Numbered from the whole stretch's first letter, positions 1 to 13,419 are shown. The stretch is DNA of 57,396 nucleotides, filler included, from Sphacelaria rigidula (GCA_964200075.2; 8 parts of 8 records of this genome joined end to end with filler, not necessarily neighbours in it); one strand, 5' to 3'. Program-made: numbers and translations. Notes: generated from the letters alone by a model not told the origin.

Positions 1-1331
1 CGCCCCCCCCCACTCCACCTTTGGCCCCCCGCCCCCCCCCCCGCCCACCACCTCGGCCCCCACCCCGCCCCCCGCCCCGACCGCCCCCCCGCCCACCGCG
101 GCCTCCATCTCGGCCGCCGCGGCCCCCTCCCCGACCTGTTCAAGGTCAAGATTTCAACTAGAGCGTTATGAACACATTCCATTTTCAGTTGACAGGTCTC
201 ATTTTTGGAGAGCGAGAGAGAGGGAGAGAGATATTTGATTTGTGGTACAGCTCTGATCGCCCATGCTTTGTGTTATGATGACGATCCCCGCGAGTTCCTG
301 GGAGATCTTTTGTAGGCGTTGATGGACGATGAACGGCCATGAGCGGTGTGCAAAAATGACGCGATTTCGAAATCTTTGGTCAATACGCATGCAGCAGCCT
401 TTCGTAATGATTGAGGATAGGAGGGAGGGTGCATGTTTTCAGGTGTTGGTGAACCGTTTATTGCGTGTACTGGTAGTACGTGTACGATGAGTTCAGCAGT
501 GTTGGCGCGAGCACTGTAACCTTTTTGCTGCACGTAAATGACATTGATGGTACTGATCTTACGCAGGAATAACCGCGATGTGCATTGTGGGATGAGACAC
601 GGTCCCTCGCTTCTTTTTTCCTTGTCAAATATAACTGGGAAAGTTTGTGCAACATGTGGGAAGGAGACCTGAAACCCAAGATACTCTAAATGTTCGTTGC
701 AGGCTGAAAATGGAGGGCGATATTTTGGTCGGCCCTGTGAAAGCATTCCGGATAAGACTACAATAGACGCGGCATGGTGTCTGATGTGCGGAAAGGGAGG
801 CGGTTTTTCTTAGTTTTTCCATGTTCCAGGGCAATGAGAGAAACTTACATTGCAAGATGTACCGAGGCTGCCTTTTCCAGTTGCCGTGGTGGACAAAGTG
901 AAGTAGCTTGTTGAATCCATTTCACTGTCTGTCTTTGAAGCGCCCAGTCACCGAACGGGTATATCCCACCGCAGTCCGGATTGATACTTGATGCTAGTAC
1001 TTTCGGGCGATGGTGTTGCCCGGTCGCTGTAACGGGGTCATTCTGGACTGACCATTAGGAACGTTCTTTAAATGCTTGCTGTTAAAATGTTTATAAGTAC
1101 GTTTCCATCTCTCACCGTCGGCCTCCACAGCTGCCGCAGAGCCAAACTGACGGTGCTGAGAACGTCGTGAACCCTTGAGCTCACTGGAGACTATATCTAA
1201 TCGATTATATTTTACCGTGTTATAGTACAGTTGTCTTATCCCCTTCTATTTTCGACGGATTGCCACCATTCTCCTCTTGATTGAGACTGTGTCAACCGTT
1301 GTCTATACTCAATCTTGAGTAAAAATAGTAG

Positions 1332-1351
1332 TATATATATATATATATATA
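1332..1351. repeat. (TA)n microsatellite
   Basis: Direct reading. Confidence 0.95.
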
Positions 1352-4300
1352 CACGTACCGGAATGCCCGCCCTATAGTTGTGGTTGTCTGCACTTGGCTC
1401 GCATACAGAACTAATTCAACTTCTGAACGGAAACTGTCTTTGTGCGTTTCTCGACCGTAGGTCAAGGAACCCCCATGAAACTTAGTGCACTACTTGAACA
1501 CAACACAGGCAGTATGTGCACCAGACAACAGTTTCGTTCCAACAACGAGCAAATTATACCAAGCGAATACAGGTATGCCGTCGATAGACCCTCGAAACGG
1601 CTGTCTCGCAGCCCAGATTGTGTGCACTGTGAGTGAATGCGTATGTGGACATGGTCGTGATGTCACTTTCACATCATCATCACCTGGGAAGGTAATGTGC
1701 TGGCAAACAAATATAGATCAGTACTAGCACACCCTCTGGATAATGATCATCTGTAGAAAAGTCATGCCCGGTATCTTCTGTAGAGATGCTCAGCGCGGGA
1801 GTCACAGTCGTACGCGCACTGTCGTCGCTGCAAGGCGCTGAAACTTTGGCCATATTTCATGAAATCATAATCAACATGCCCATGCATCTGGATCCGCGGT
1901 TGGGCGCTGCAACAGTGCGCGAGGGGATGAGAAGAGCTCAGATACTGTTCCGAAAGAATGATTTCTTCTTTAGTATTTCGGCGCAAGACTGCTGTGCGCA
2001 AACTTTTTCAGCATCCTCGAGTGTGATTTCAGCCTGCGGTGAGGTCGTACATCCAACAATCACACTTCGACACCCACGGACAAGAGTAAGCTACGGGTAA
2101 ATATTAAAACAATTCACGGGTAGCGACGTCGGCGGTACCAACCGCTTAGGAGGGACTGAAGATAGTGATTACACGCCCGGCACACCGAGTACACCTGAAA
2201 GTTCCGTCGAAGATCGATAACCAGTGGATACAACTAGCGGTCGTTCTCGGAGCAGTTTCGCCGGTTCAGATTCGACGGGTGGCATGCATGTGACCAGCAA
2301 GAAGCAACCAAGCGCGTTAGAGTGCGACACTGGCACAGCAAGCTCTCAAAACGAGAGGCTTCAATCAGCAAGGGCATCGTGATACATGGCAGGTGCTGGT
2401 TTATAATTCGAGACCCCGAGAGATGTCACGTGCTTCGTGCTTTGTGGTCACCTCACAAAAGGCGTTCATCTAAGCATGTGAAGCTTGGGCCCACCAGCCT
2501 GATGACCTGATGATAGGATGGCATTCATGAACCAAAATTGGTTATTCTATAACTGGACCTCCTGAAAGGTGGCACGGGTTCAACGAGTTCACGCTGAACA
2601 ACAATTCGTCGCACAAGTACAGGTGGAAGACGCCGCGCAAATCCCAAGCATGCGTAAGAGGTTGGGTGCATCACACCACCTATGGCCCCACGGCAGTGTG
2701 CACCATCTGTACTAGTAAGATCAATGTAGGCAACACCAGTGTTTGCTGTTCACCTCACCTCCTCTTCCCCCGCCACCACGGCCACCCCCTCGCGGTGGAC
2801 CACGGCCACCACCTCTACCACGTCCCCCAAAGCCAGACATGGTGGCAGTTCAAGATACCTCACGAGAGCGTCGTCCTCGTGTCGTTCGCGATACTCTGTT
2901 CATTGAATATCAAATTTTCTTTTGCAGCCACACAGCATCATATCAAATGACTTATGTATTAAGTCTGCATTTAGAAACTGACCATAGTTAAAGCGATCGT
3001 GTTAGATGTACAGATGGAACATGCGAAGTCAAGAGTCTAAAATGCGAGACGCGATCATACGATAGTCCCCTGCTTTAACGTACACGAAGTACAGTCACAG
3101 GATGCCTCCCCTATGAAGTTACATTGAGACACGCCACATACCTGCTGAGTATAGTTTGTAAAAATAAGGAAGAGGTGACGTTCGCGACTTCAGCCGTCTG
3201 CCCGTATTGCGTCACGTTTCAAAGGACTACACACGCCTCGATACAGAAGCACCAATACAAGTACGATGGGAGATGTGGAAGGTACCACACCGTTAGCGGA
3301 CGGCTACCACATGCCTGCTGAGTGGGACTCTCATGAAAGGTATGAGCTACATTACACAATCGGAGGCCCCACCTTGCTTCCGAGACAGTGTCACGCCGGG
3401 GGTTAGTGTCACGTTTCCCACCACCACCCCCAAAATGATGACGCGACGGAGTCTAGGAAGTGTACAGAAGGTTAGATAGCAACTAAAGTAATACACAGCT
3501 GTAGTATACGTCTAAAGCTACCTTCTGATCGCAGTCTGGCTCAATTCCACACAGTACAGCTCACAAACCAGCGATGGATACCCCTAAAAAAAGTTGTAAC
3601 TATTTGTACAAGCAAAAACGTCATTTTCCAACATGCCCGTCCTTCACGCAATAGAAGATTATTCACTACTGACGAACGTTACGAAGCCGAAACTCTACAG
3701 GCAGGTACTACTAGGCACTAGCCGTCGTTCAAGCCCGGGCAGACTTTAATTGAGTGTCGAAACAGTGCAATATCTTCAGTAGATAATCTTCACTTCACCC
3801 CGACTTCCAATTTTTAGACAAGGGTGTTGGCCGCCAAGAAGTGGAGGACTGGTAGATACGCGTTTTATCTACACACAGCAATTCGATTTGTGTCGACAGC
3901 TGCCGTGTGCGTCGAGATATTGCCATCTCGTTGACGGGTGTTATAACATGTGAGGTACGGCGGGAAAACCCATCTGGTCACATGTGATATCCACATTGAG
4001 CAGGTAGTAATTGCGCCGCGTCCACTTGGTTTGTAGCGTGGGGAATATCTTCTCCCGCAAGCATACATGCAACAATTAACATTGCCCGCCAGTGGGAAAG
4101 ACTTTTCAGACATGTGCTTGTCATTGTCGCTGGGGCAGCGCATAAAGCTTGCTTACGGGATCGCCGCGCAAGGTGTAAAGGACACTTGATTGATTGGTTG
4201 GTTGATCATCTCACATTAGCTGGTTGCTACAATCCAGCCCGTGGTCAGGAGCAACAAAAATAGAACAGAACAATGAAAACAAAAAGGAAGAAAGGAACAG

Positions 4301-4364
4301 AAAAAGACAGAAGCAACGGCCTCGAAGGAAAGAAAGGGGGCAGCGTTAAAAACAAAGAAAAACA

Positions 4365-4411
4365 CCACTGCCACCGCCACCGCCACCGCCACCGCCACCG
4401 CCACCACCACC
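4365..4411. repeat. (CCACCG)n microsatellite
   Basis: Direct reading; explains the poly-G/VA/WR ORFs in the track. Confidence 0.9.
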
Positions 4412-5469
4412 AAGCAACAAGAACAACAAAATAACGACGAACAAACACATACACGTACACAAGCACGAGCAACACAAAATATGATGATCGCGCATTACGT
4501 AGCTGACTGCAACACTCCAGGTCGTGATCAGAGAAATAAAGGGGAAAAAATGACAAAAATGAAAGAAAAGAAACACTCACGGTCTGCCGATTCCTTGTGT
4601 CGTCAGTGGTACTGTAAGCTGTCGGAAACAAAAGAGAGATGCCACGGAAACTGCTTCAGGGTTTGCTTCGAAGCACACGTTGTCACATCGACTGCGCGGT
4701 GTGATGAGGACCGAAGTTTGGTGGGCAATAATGAAGGGTCAGGGACGAAAAACATCATCTGATGTTCCTCCAGCGTGCAGCACTTGAAACCTCTGTTCTG
4801 CGACATGGAGGATGGCTTACGTGTTCCATCTTCATCACGTACCCGCCCCCCCCACCATGGCCACAGAACATATACACATCGGACCCCAGAAATTCGGTCA
4901 TCGGATTTCAATCTTGTATGGCATGCAGAAATTGGTGATGGCTATCTGTATGCGAAGGAATGCAGGCATATTTGAAGAAAGTTGTCCACATATATGAAGA
5001 TTGTAATAAACCGACTTATAATCGTCAATGAAAACCGTTGTCCTCAATTTTCACGATCGGTTGTTATCACACCAAATATTCGTGGCGGTTCGCCCGCTGT
5101 GCAGAGCGCTATGAACGCCGCCTCACGACTGGAGTCCACGCGCGTGGGGTGGTCGTGTTGCACAGTATTCCATAAGGTTCTCTGCAACACCACGTTTTGA
5201 TTTTCATTTTCGCTTCATTAGTCGTTCGTTCCCCTAGTATCACGCATTATCTTGAGATACAACCGGCGATTCGCCCAAGGGTGTCGCCGGACGACCCGCC
5301 GTAGACGTCTGCACACAAGGGCACACTGCATCAGGCACTCTACAACGTCCCCATCAACCCTACGCACGGGTTATAACTTCCGTCTGCAGGAGATAACTCC
5401 CACGGTTAGTTGTATACCTACGGAATTCGTCTGCAAGAAACATGCCTACGACTTTCGCCACAGGTGCAA

Positions 5470-7045
5470 TCAAAACGCGAATTCGTCGTCGTCGTCTTTG
5501 CCCGCTTCCGATGTCGAATCCTCTTCCTCTGAGTCGCTACACTCGGAGTCCGAATCTCCAAGCCAGATCCCGGCTGAATGCTTCGATCCGCCCTCTGGTG
5601 GACCATCTAGACCGCCGTCGCAACAACTGCGACTGGTGGGATCTGGTCCCGGATCCGATTTCCCTCCCGCTACCCTCGCCATCCTCTCGCCATCTCGTCG
5701 GCAACACTCCTCACCACGACTACTATCAACACCTGCCCCCGGGGCCTTCCTCGCTCCATTCGCCTCCCCCCCGCCACGCAACACCGCTGACCCGCCCCTT
5801 CCACGGTTCGCCGTGGATCCGCCCCTCCCCTTACGACGTCGGCGGGACGTATCGACATACCCTCCGGCGGAATCACCTGTAGCAGTAGCGTCGGTCGCTG
5901 GGTCAGGGGATGGCGGCAAAAAGTAGCGGCCTTGGCAACCGCAGCTCAGCGTACAATTCCCCAAACATCTGCAACTACGGCACCGGTGACGTCTTTGCGC
6001 CGCCCTTTCCGGTTCGCACGCGCATCTCAGGGTTCGCACAATCCCGGATGTATCGACGTACGTGTGGCTTGACAAGTATACAACTATGTTGTCCCGTGTA
6101 AGCTCCACCGCCCCTCTGCTCGCCGCCTTTACTCCGCTCTTGTGGTGAGTCTTTTTTTCTGGTTCAACGCCCCATCGGCGCCCGTTGAAATTCACTGTGT
6201 GCATACTCATCCCAAAGCCCCCCCCCCAGTATTCCAATACTGCGTCGGCCTTATCCACGTGCTTCTGGCAGACGTCCAAGTCCAGGCAGCACTGGGAAGG
6301 CATATGCGCATGTACTGTGGTGATGCACAGACGAATCTTGTTCACGAAAGACTCCAGATTCTGCCCTGTCGTGGTGAAGATATGTCCAGGATCCGCGGCG
6401 ACTTGCGCAAATGCGTTTTCGTACCTGAAGAAAAAAATCTTGGCCAGTAGCTTGACCCCCTCGTCCACTTCCGCCCTCTCCTTATCCTCGTCGATCATCA
6501 CTATCGCCTTCGTGAACAGATTCGGCGTTCTCAGTGCCTTCAGAGCGAATTCCCACATCTTGGGGAAGGGAATCCCGGATACACGCGGCAGAAAGTCGCA
6601 GCCAGCCAATAGATGAGTGAAAACGAACAGCGCCACCTTTACAGGATGCGTCAGCCAATCATATAGTCCGTCGGGAGGCCACGCACTTTCGCTCCCATCC
6701 CTCAAAGTCACGAGGGCGCTGTACACCCTGTTCACCAGTATGTACCGAGGGCCTCCGTTCACAATGCGTCTGACAGTTACCTGCACCGCGTTGGAGCCTT
6801 GTGGCTCGATATGCCCGCAGGACATGGCCAACAGGACAAGTACCCATTGATCAGTATCAGTGGAAGTCACGAGCCATTTCTTCAAATGCTTCTGAAATTA
6901 CGTCCCGGAGTGAATGATGAAGTGCACTGCGGACATCTCCCCCTCACCTATGCGGGGTCCAACTGCGCTATGGATGCTCCGGTCAGGCCCCTCGCCATCA
7001 CGCCACCACAACAGATGGGGTTGCAAGTCACCAATTGAACGGTCC
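5470..7045 (-). pseudogene. XPG/FEN1-like (PIN fold) nuclease plus Cys8 zinc finger; C-terminal part of an AcademX-like DNA transposon protein, 5'-truncated by the contig end, one in-frame stop
   Basis: ORF 5470-6885 has STDTD, HLLAGCDFLPRVSGI (H3TH-type GxD motif), and CAC-x12-CRSCRCLGNCTLSCGC (8 Cys), then an acidic low-complexity tail. Reading the same frame upstream past a TAA at 6898-6900 gives RIGEGEMSAVHFII, the expected upstream acidic catalytic motif, and the frame stays open to the poly-C at the contig end. Confidence 0.7.
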
Positions 7046-7088
7046 CCCCCCCCCCCCCCCCAACCCGCAGCTTACACGACAGCCCCCC

Positions 7089-7188
7089 NNNNNNNNNNNN
7101 NNNNNNNNNNNNNNNNNNNNNNNNNNNNNNNNTTAATTAATTAANNNNNNNNNNNNNNNNNNNNNNNNNNNNNNNNNNNNNNNNNNNN
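7089..7188. other. Artificial contig linker (N44-TTAATTAATTAA-N44)
   Basis: 100-bp pad with a core giving stop codons in all six frames; recurs every 7187 bp. Confidence 0.99.
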
Positions 7189-7637
7189 TGAAGGGATGGG
7201 ACTTCAACCTCATATTTTGTTTCAACCCCAAAAATTAGGATCGGCTGTTGATACTGCATGCGTCAACATACTCCCTTGAGCGCAAATCAGGGGGTGAGAA
7301 TTACATGATACATGGTTTGTTGTCGTTGGGGGTGGCGCTTGGAAAAAGGCAGGAGCTGTTCAACTGTTGCATCAGGGTGATCGGGGTTGAAGGTCAGTCG
7401 GTGATCCTGTTACGAGAAAAAAACCCGGTGGTGCCCAAGGGGCTAACCCTCTGACGCCCAGGGTGTGTCTGTGGAGCTGGCATCATTTTCAGTACGGCAA
7501 CTACCATCGCCATCATCCATAGATCAGGGGGGTAGCCCCCCTCGAATAGGGATTCCCCCCCATCCTACTGCCCCAGAATGAGGTTCCGGCCACCTGGAGG
7601 GGTGGTGCCGTCATTTCCCGACATAGGCCCCCTCGAG

Positions 7638-8010
7638 TACTACGTAGATGTGAGTGCGCTGCTGTGTGTTTTCGTCCCATATATTCTGGGCGTGTACACC
7701 TTGCGGTATACATATGTCGGTGCATCAGCCGGAGCCACACAATGAGAATTTCACCCCCCCCCCCCCGTCTTTTGTCTTTCTTACGTTCCTTCTGCGGTGA
7801 TTGCCTCTCTTTTAATCGTGAGAGGGGTTCGGCACTCCTTTTCTCTCGCCGATAGTTGAATAAAATATTGTCTACTCACGAAGCAATCCCTCCCACTGTT
7901 GGGCACATTGTGAGGGGGGACCCCAGTTCGCGTGACTTCACCGAGTACAGAACTCACAACTCACAACCTAACCGGTGGAAGGATGTCGCAGTTACCAACT
8001 GAATCACCAT
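7638..8010 (-). mobile_element. tRNA-derived SINE, family A
   Basis: Reverse complement starts GGTGATTCAGTTGGTAAC (A-box-like) and aligns over ~370 bp with 29631-30010. Confidence 0.75.
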
Positions 8011-8436
8011 GCGATCGCGTAAAGGTGTGGTATTATTAATATCAAAATCGTTTCTCACCATGCCATTCCAGCGATCGTTGGTATTTTCAAATGTTTTGGC
8101 GGGAAACTACATCCTTCAGGGAGTATCGCGTCCATCCATATCACGATTTATCCTCCAGCAACACTCTCGCCTCTCCTTCGCCAAGATCCGCATGTATGTC
8201 CATCATCGGTGCTTGGGTGCCCGTTGTAGATCCATGACACGGGTTTACTCTACTTTTCGTCATGCTGTAGTCTACGGTACTAATCAAATCTGCATTGCAT
8301 TTTACTCACTGTACATGTGGTGGCCATGATCCAGGATCTTGAACCACGATCCGGATCTCGGTATAATAGTGTACAGTACTGCGGTCTTCTTTCGCTCTCG
8401 GTATTTACACGAGAACAACGTGAGCCATGCTGGTAC

Positions 8437-8901
8437 ATGATGCGTGATGATCTGAAAAAGCTCGAGGCCTCAGATAGCTCAGGAGATAATGCCGTTGTGG
8501 CCGATGTAGATGGTGGGACGGGCAACAGTAAGGAGAACATCAAAGTGTTGGTACGGATACGTCCCTTGCTTGCACACGAGACTGGGCAGGTTGCGATTGT
8601 CAGTGAGAGCGGCAATGTCGTTCGTGTAAACGGGCCGACGCCCAACAGGCAACTTCAATGCTGCTATGATGCTGTCCTAGGGCCAGAGGTTTCGCAGGAT
8701 GGTACGTTTTCTCATGTTCGCGAATGTATTTCGGCTGTTCTCGCAGGAGAGAACTCCACCGTGTTCGCCTACGGGCAAACAGGTTCAGGCAAGACCTACA
8801 CGATGTTTGGACCCCAGGGGATGACCACTGGCAGCGGCGGCCATTCAGGGCACGGGAAGGGCGTAATTCCTCTGGCGGTGGCCGATCTGTTTCTGGGGTT
8901 G
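8437..8901 (+). CDS. Kinesin exon 1 (P-loop)
   Basis: GQTGSGKT; donor TTG|GTGAGC at 8902. Confidence 0.9.
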
Positions 8902-11900
8902 GTGAGCTATCATGAAGATGATGTAAACGCAGCAGTATAATACATAGACGTTCACAATGAGTAGATCTGCTCTGTGTTCACGCACTTCAATGCTCTCACC
9001 GACTACAAGAGTCACAACATGAGAGATGACGCCATATTCCCTGCCCATCTATTCCTGTGCAGAACGCTGACTGCTCACCATTGTTCTGGCGATATTCGGT
9101 GCACAGATGGGCGACGGAACCCGAGATGACAGCGAGTTTTGTGTATGGGCCAGTCTTGTCCAACTATACAACGAACAGTTGTACGACATGCTCCGTGATC
9201 CACAGAGACAGCACCCGCTTGCGATACACGAGCAACCAGAGGCCGGGATATACGTTCAGGGGTTGAGCGAGTACGCTGTTCGCAGTGCCGGCGAATGTCT
9301 TCAACTGCTGCGAGTAGGTAGCGAACACAGGTGAGAACAGGTCAATGTTTCTGGCGCCGATGGCAGCGCACACCAATACCGCAGTCATGAATTGGTGCTC
9401 TCGGGCAGTAAGAATGTCTCTCATGTAATCGTCACGTATGTCGTCGCTATCGACGAACTCCGCTTTGTTATGATGACCGAGGTATCTATGTAGACTACGT
9501 CTTCCCAATCTTCCCGTAGGCACCATTGATCGTCAGGACACTCGTGGTCGCGGTGATGATGTGCAGGGCAATACGCGAGACGCACATGAATCAAGCATCA
9601 AGTCGAAGCCACAGTATATTTCAGGTGATTGTGGAGCAAAAGCAACGTAGCGAGAAGGATGGGGAGCGTATACTTCGGTCTAAGTTCAACCTGGTTGATC
9701 TTGCTGGGTGAGCATTCGACAGTCGTGGCGAAAGTGACGTGATAAAAACAGCACAGGTGTACATTGCGGTCCACAACAACTACGCGCTCAACCACCGGTC
9801 CATGTATGTTGCCAGCCTGTGAATACAGTGGGTCGGCTAACCAAGGCTAACCAACCTATAAGTTTCGCCCATGAACCGTCCACCTTTTGTGTACGCAGTT
9901 TGTACGTGAACAACCATCACGGTTGCCTAATAAACCGCGTCAACTCTGTGCAATGCTTCGCTTGCACGATCCGACATTCCATTGTTTGCTAGCTCAGAGA
10001 AATGGGACATACGACAAGACATGGAGGACGTCCGTGTATGCGAGATGACAAACATAAACGTCTCGTTATACACCCTGGGGCGTGTCATTGCTGCACTCAG
10101 CACTGCAACAAGCAAGGAATGCAGCTGGGAAAGGAAGAAGCCCCACGTACCGTATCGAGATTCGAAACTAACTCGACTACTGCAGGATTCGCTAGGTGGA
10201 AACACTCGCACCCGCATCATCGCGACTCTATCACCTACAAGCGAGTGCCTGGATGAAAGTATTAGCACACTACGGTTTGCGGATAGGGCGAAACAGGTGA
10301 TGGCATTTGTACAGGTCAACGAACGCCGTCCAGTAGACCATGCTCTTGTGCAGCGCTTACAGGCCGAGGTAGAGCATCTACGGAGGCTTCTCAGTGATAT
10401 CACGCATAACCGGAAACCCGGAGACGAAATCACCTCCGGATCTTCCCGATCTGATGCTATCACAGCTTTGATGGAAGCTCAACTTCTGGAATACAAGACC
10501 CAAGTAGAAAGCCTTCGCCGAGAGAACACAGCTCTACGAGAAAGGGTGACTCCCAGATGTACAGACCACCAGGAGCGCCAGCCGGCTGGGACGCCGGATA
10601 TCACCTCCTTGCAAACCTCAAACAGAGTTCTGGAGGAGACCATCATGGAGATGGTCATGAGTCTGAGGCGGTTTTTTCGTTTTGAAATCGAGGAGGAAGA
10701 TCTCCGTTTGAATCTGAACAAAGAGCTTGCTCGCGCAAGTGGAAGGTGTCACAGTGGATATACTTTAGACGAGAATGATCTACCTGCATTTCCCTTGGAT
10801 TTTTCCACCGCTCCATTGGGCTTCCCGACTGTTGCCCATCAAAATAAGATCCGANNNNNNNNNNGAAGAGCAGCTGGTAGACCGCACGTGACACCGCCCC
10901 CGAGCGTACGTGTCGGTGTTGAAACAGAACACACGGAAACCAGGTCAGTTGCGGGTTCGCCTAGCGCCCAGAGTAGCAACGGCATCGACTCAAGTCGAAG
11001 GAAACACGATCAGGAATCCTCGAGACGGGACGGTCAAGTGTCTTTACCTCAGGTACCTGGAGCCACAGCTGACACCGAGGGAAGACCAGGAAAACTCGCA
11101 TACCGGCTGCGTGGCAAACACCCAGATGAAGTGGTGGTGGTGATGAAAAAGAAATTTACGGAGGATGATGAGGAGAGGCGCCTGCGCAAGGAGCTCAAGC
11201 TGGCAAAGGTATGGGCATTTATTTGCACGTACACTCGCTGTATATACACATCGATTCACTATGGGGCGCAGTCACCCATGCGCTGTGAACACTCCGAGCA
11301 GAGGTGTTGCAAAAAATCTCCATAGCGGTGAAATCAAAGTGTGCATGCGTATGGTGTCGTCAGTGTCCGTGTAAATATGCGTGTAAATATGCGCGTTTCC
11401 GCAAGTGATTAGCAGAACTAAGCTGGAAGAGTCAGTCGGCTCCGGCTGTTTCTTACGTCGAAGATTCTCACAAACAGTGTGCTCTTGATGGCAGGTACCG
11501 GCCGATGCGTGGCTGGCAGGCTGGTGACGTTAACTTACGTGCGCACCATCCCCTCTCTTGCGCACTATCGCAATATTCCAGGAGTGTGATCACACGCGCC
11601 TATCAACCGAATGAGATACGACATGGGTCTTCCTCTGTTCCAAAAATACAGAAGGCTATGTTTGGCCGTTCATATCTCTCCTTCTTGGGCGATTCACCAG
11701 GCGTCGGTCGACAAGATGGATCGCAAGCCATTCTCATGGCAATACGATTGAATCTCGTGAAGTTTGTTTTCCACTTTATGACAGGATGGTCGCATTCTCA
11801 GTGCAGTTTCATTTTTCCCGTAGTTTTTTCGGCCAATATCTGAAATACGCCGCGATATTGACCCCTCCTCAAACCAGCCCCAAGACTGTCACGAAGAAAA

Positions 11901-13419
11901 TGGCCATGCAGCGCATGATATATGGTTTCAAACTACATGAAGCACCTCATCCGGGTAACTCTAGCAAACAAGATCCCAAGCGCGGAAGTTACCAATTGCT
12001 CGGTGTGCACGGCCCTTGTCATTGCGTTTTACATGTAGATTTTGTCTCAAATCAGCCACTTTCCCGGGGAGGAGGTACGGTGGCATCAGTCATCTGCTGA
12101 ACATTTTTAGGATGATCACTCTAAGACGATCATTAGGACCCAATATATCGCGAATTGATCGGATCCCCATGGCAGTTGATAAAAAAGCCAAGGCAATCAG
12201 CTATGATTGATTTCTACCACGAGTTAAATTCGTGCCACGACGGCGTTTTCAGGCAGGCTACTGAAAGTGTTGGCTACAATTTTGAGAGTATCTTCACAAT
12301 GCGGGTCGAGCCATCAACTTTGGCGCACTGGCGCACAAGCGCTGTAAAGACACGCCGGCTGTAAGGATTGATGCTGCGATACCTCCCCCTCACCCCTAAA
12401 ACCAGCCCCAAAACTGTCACGAAAACAATGACCATACAGGGCATGAATACTTGTTTCGGACTGGATGAAGCGCGTCGTATTGACGATACTGACGAAAACG
12501 ATTTCAAGCGTGCGAGTTCCCGGCTGCTCGGTGGGCTCGTCTTTTGTCATTTTCGCATACACGTAGATTTCGCCCGCTCAAACTTTTCTGGGGGTGGGCT
12601 ATCGCGGCACCGCTCTAAAAGGAACAAATGAAAGCTGACACCTTGTGCATGAGGACAGCCTTTTGTGGATTAAGCTTCGACCTGTAGTCCGTTGAGGAAG
12701 GTCGCTAAAAGTTGTCATATTTTGGCGTTCTATTCAAGGTATTTTGGCGTTTTTTCCAGATATTGCTCTCTTCACTTGTACTCTGCTTGTACTCTAAGTA
12801 TCACCAACATGGCAGAAATATGCCTTGTTTCCACCAGCTGCCGTTTTCCGCACCGCGCCTACCCGTGGTGGATATCGTCGATTTCCACGAGAAGGTGGGG
12901 CTCGTGTGAAAATACCTGCAGAATTATGAAAATGCAACATAAAATGAGACCCGAAGCTGCCAAATGCCCCCACCAATAATAACGCGTACTTCACGTTTGG
13001 AATGGAGGGAATGCGTACTTTCGAATCCTTCGACGGGGATGCGGGCAGGCATTACTGTCAAAATATTACAGCAAACACGTCTCACGCGTTCTCCTCGTAG
13101 CTATACCGCCTCGTTAAGCGGTTGCGCTCTTCTGTCTCTTTGTAACGCCGCCTTCGCTCTCCCCACCGTGCTTGTCACATTGCACAAGTGAAGCGGAACC
13201 TTGACACAAATCACGTTACTTTCCCCGCCCCGAAATTGCGATGAAGGAACGTATGAAAAAGAACCTTCAGCTGCAAGAGTGGCTGCTTCAGAAAGAGCAG
13301 CGAGGTATCGAGGAGTTGGCGAGCGAATCGGCTCGAAGGAGCGAGATTGAACAGGAGAGGCGACGGCGAGATCAAGAGTTTCAACGACGGGCCGCCGTAC
13401 AGAAGGCCAAGCTAAAAAA
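8437..13419 (+). CDS. Kinesin motor protein (N-terminal motor plus coiled coil), spliced: 8437-8901, 9107-9330, 9567-9707, 9993-11208, 13247-13419; probably 3'-incomplete
   Basis: [23 protein letters not shown] (P-loop), [22 protein letters not shown] (switch I), LVDLAG|SE (switch II split by an intron), [39 protein letters not shown]. All introns are GT-AG with matching phases (0,2,2,0). Start codon uncertain (8437 or 8326); a 10-N gap at 10855-10864 makes the tail frame less certain. Confidence 0.93.
9107..9330 (+). CDS. Kinesin exon 2
   Basis: Acceptor [17 protein letters not shown]...GIYVQGL, donor AG|GTGAGA. Confidence 0.92.
9567..9707 (+). CDS. Kinesin exon 3 (switch I/II)
   Basis: Acceptor GTGCAG, SSRSH...LVDLAG, donor GG|GTGAGC. 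Confidence 0.93.
9993..11208 (+). CDS. Kinesin exon 4 (end of motor, neck coil, disordered linker)
   Basis: Acceptor TTGCTAG completes [18 protein letters not shown]; donor AAG|GTATGG at 11209. Confidence 0.88.
11852..12082 (+). mobile_element. Degenerate ~230-bp MITE-like unit, copy 1 (kinesin intron 4)
   Basis: Aligns with 12376-12607 (direct) and 33314-33558 (reverse): ACCAGCCCCAAGACTGTCACGAAGAAAATGGCCAT...ATGAAGCACCTC...CCCAAGCG. Confidence 0.65.
12376..12607 (+). mobile_element. Degenerate ~230-bp MITE-like unit, copy 2
   Basis: Same family; ends GCGATACC...GGGCTATCGC form short inverted termini. Confidence 0.65.
13247..13419 (+). CDS. Kinesin exon 5 (charged helical tail)
   Basis: [19 protein letters not shown] continues [11 protein letters not shown] in phase 0; followed by a GTAAGT donor at 13420 (or a TAA stop at 13421-13423). 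Confidence 0.7.

Noticed and set aside
1-135. C-rich stretch as a telomere or G-quadruplex feature
   Set aside because: Irregular, at a contig end; likely low-quality sequence.
5252-5926. 224-aa + strand ORF
   Set aside because: Antisense shadow of the GC-rich low-complexity tail of the nuclease ORF.
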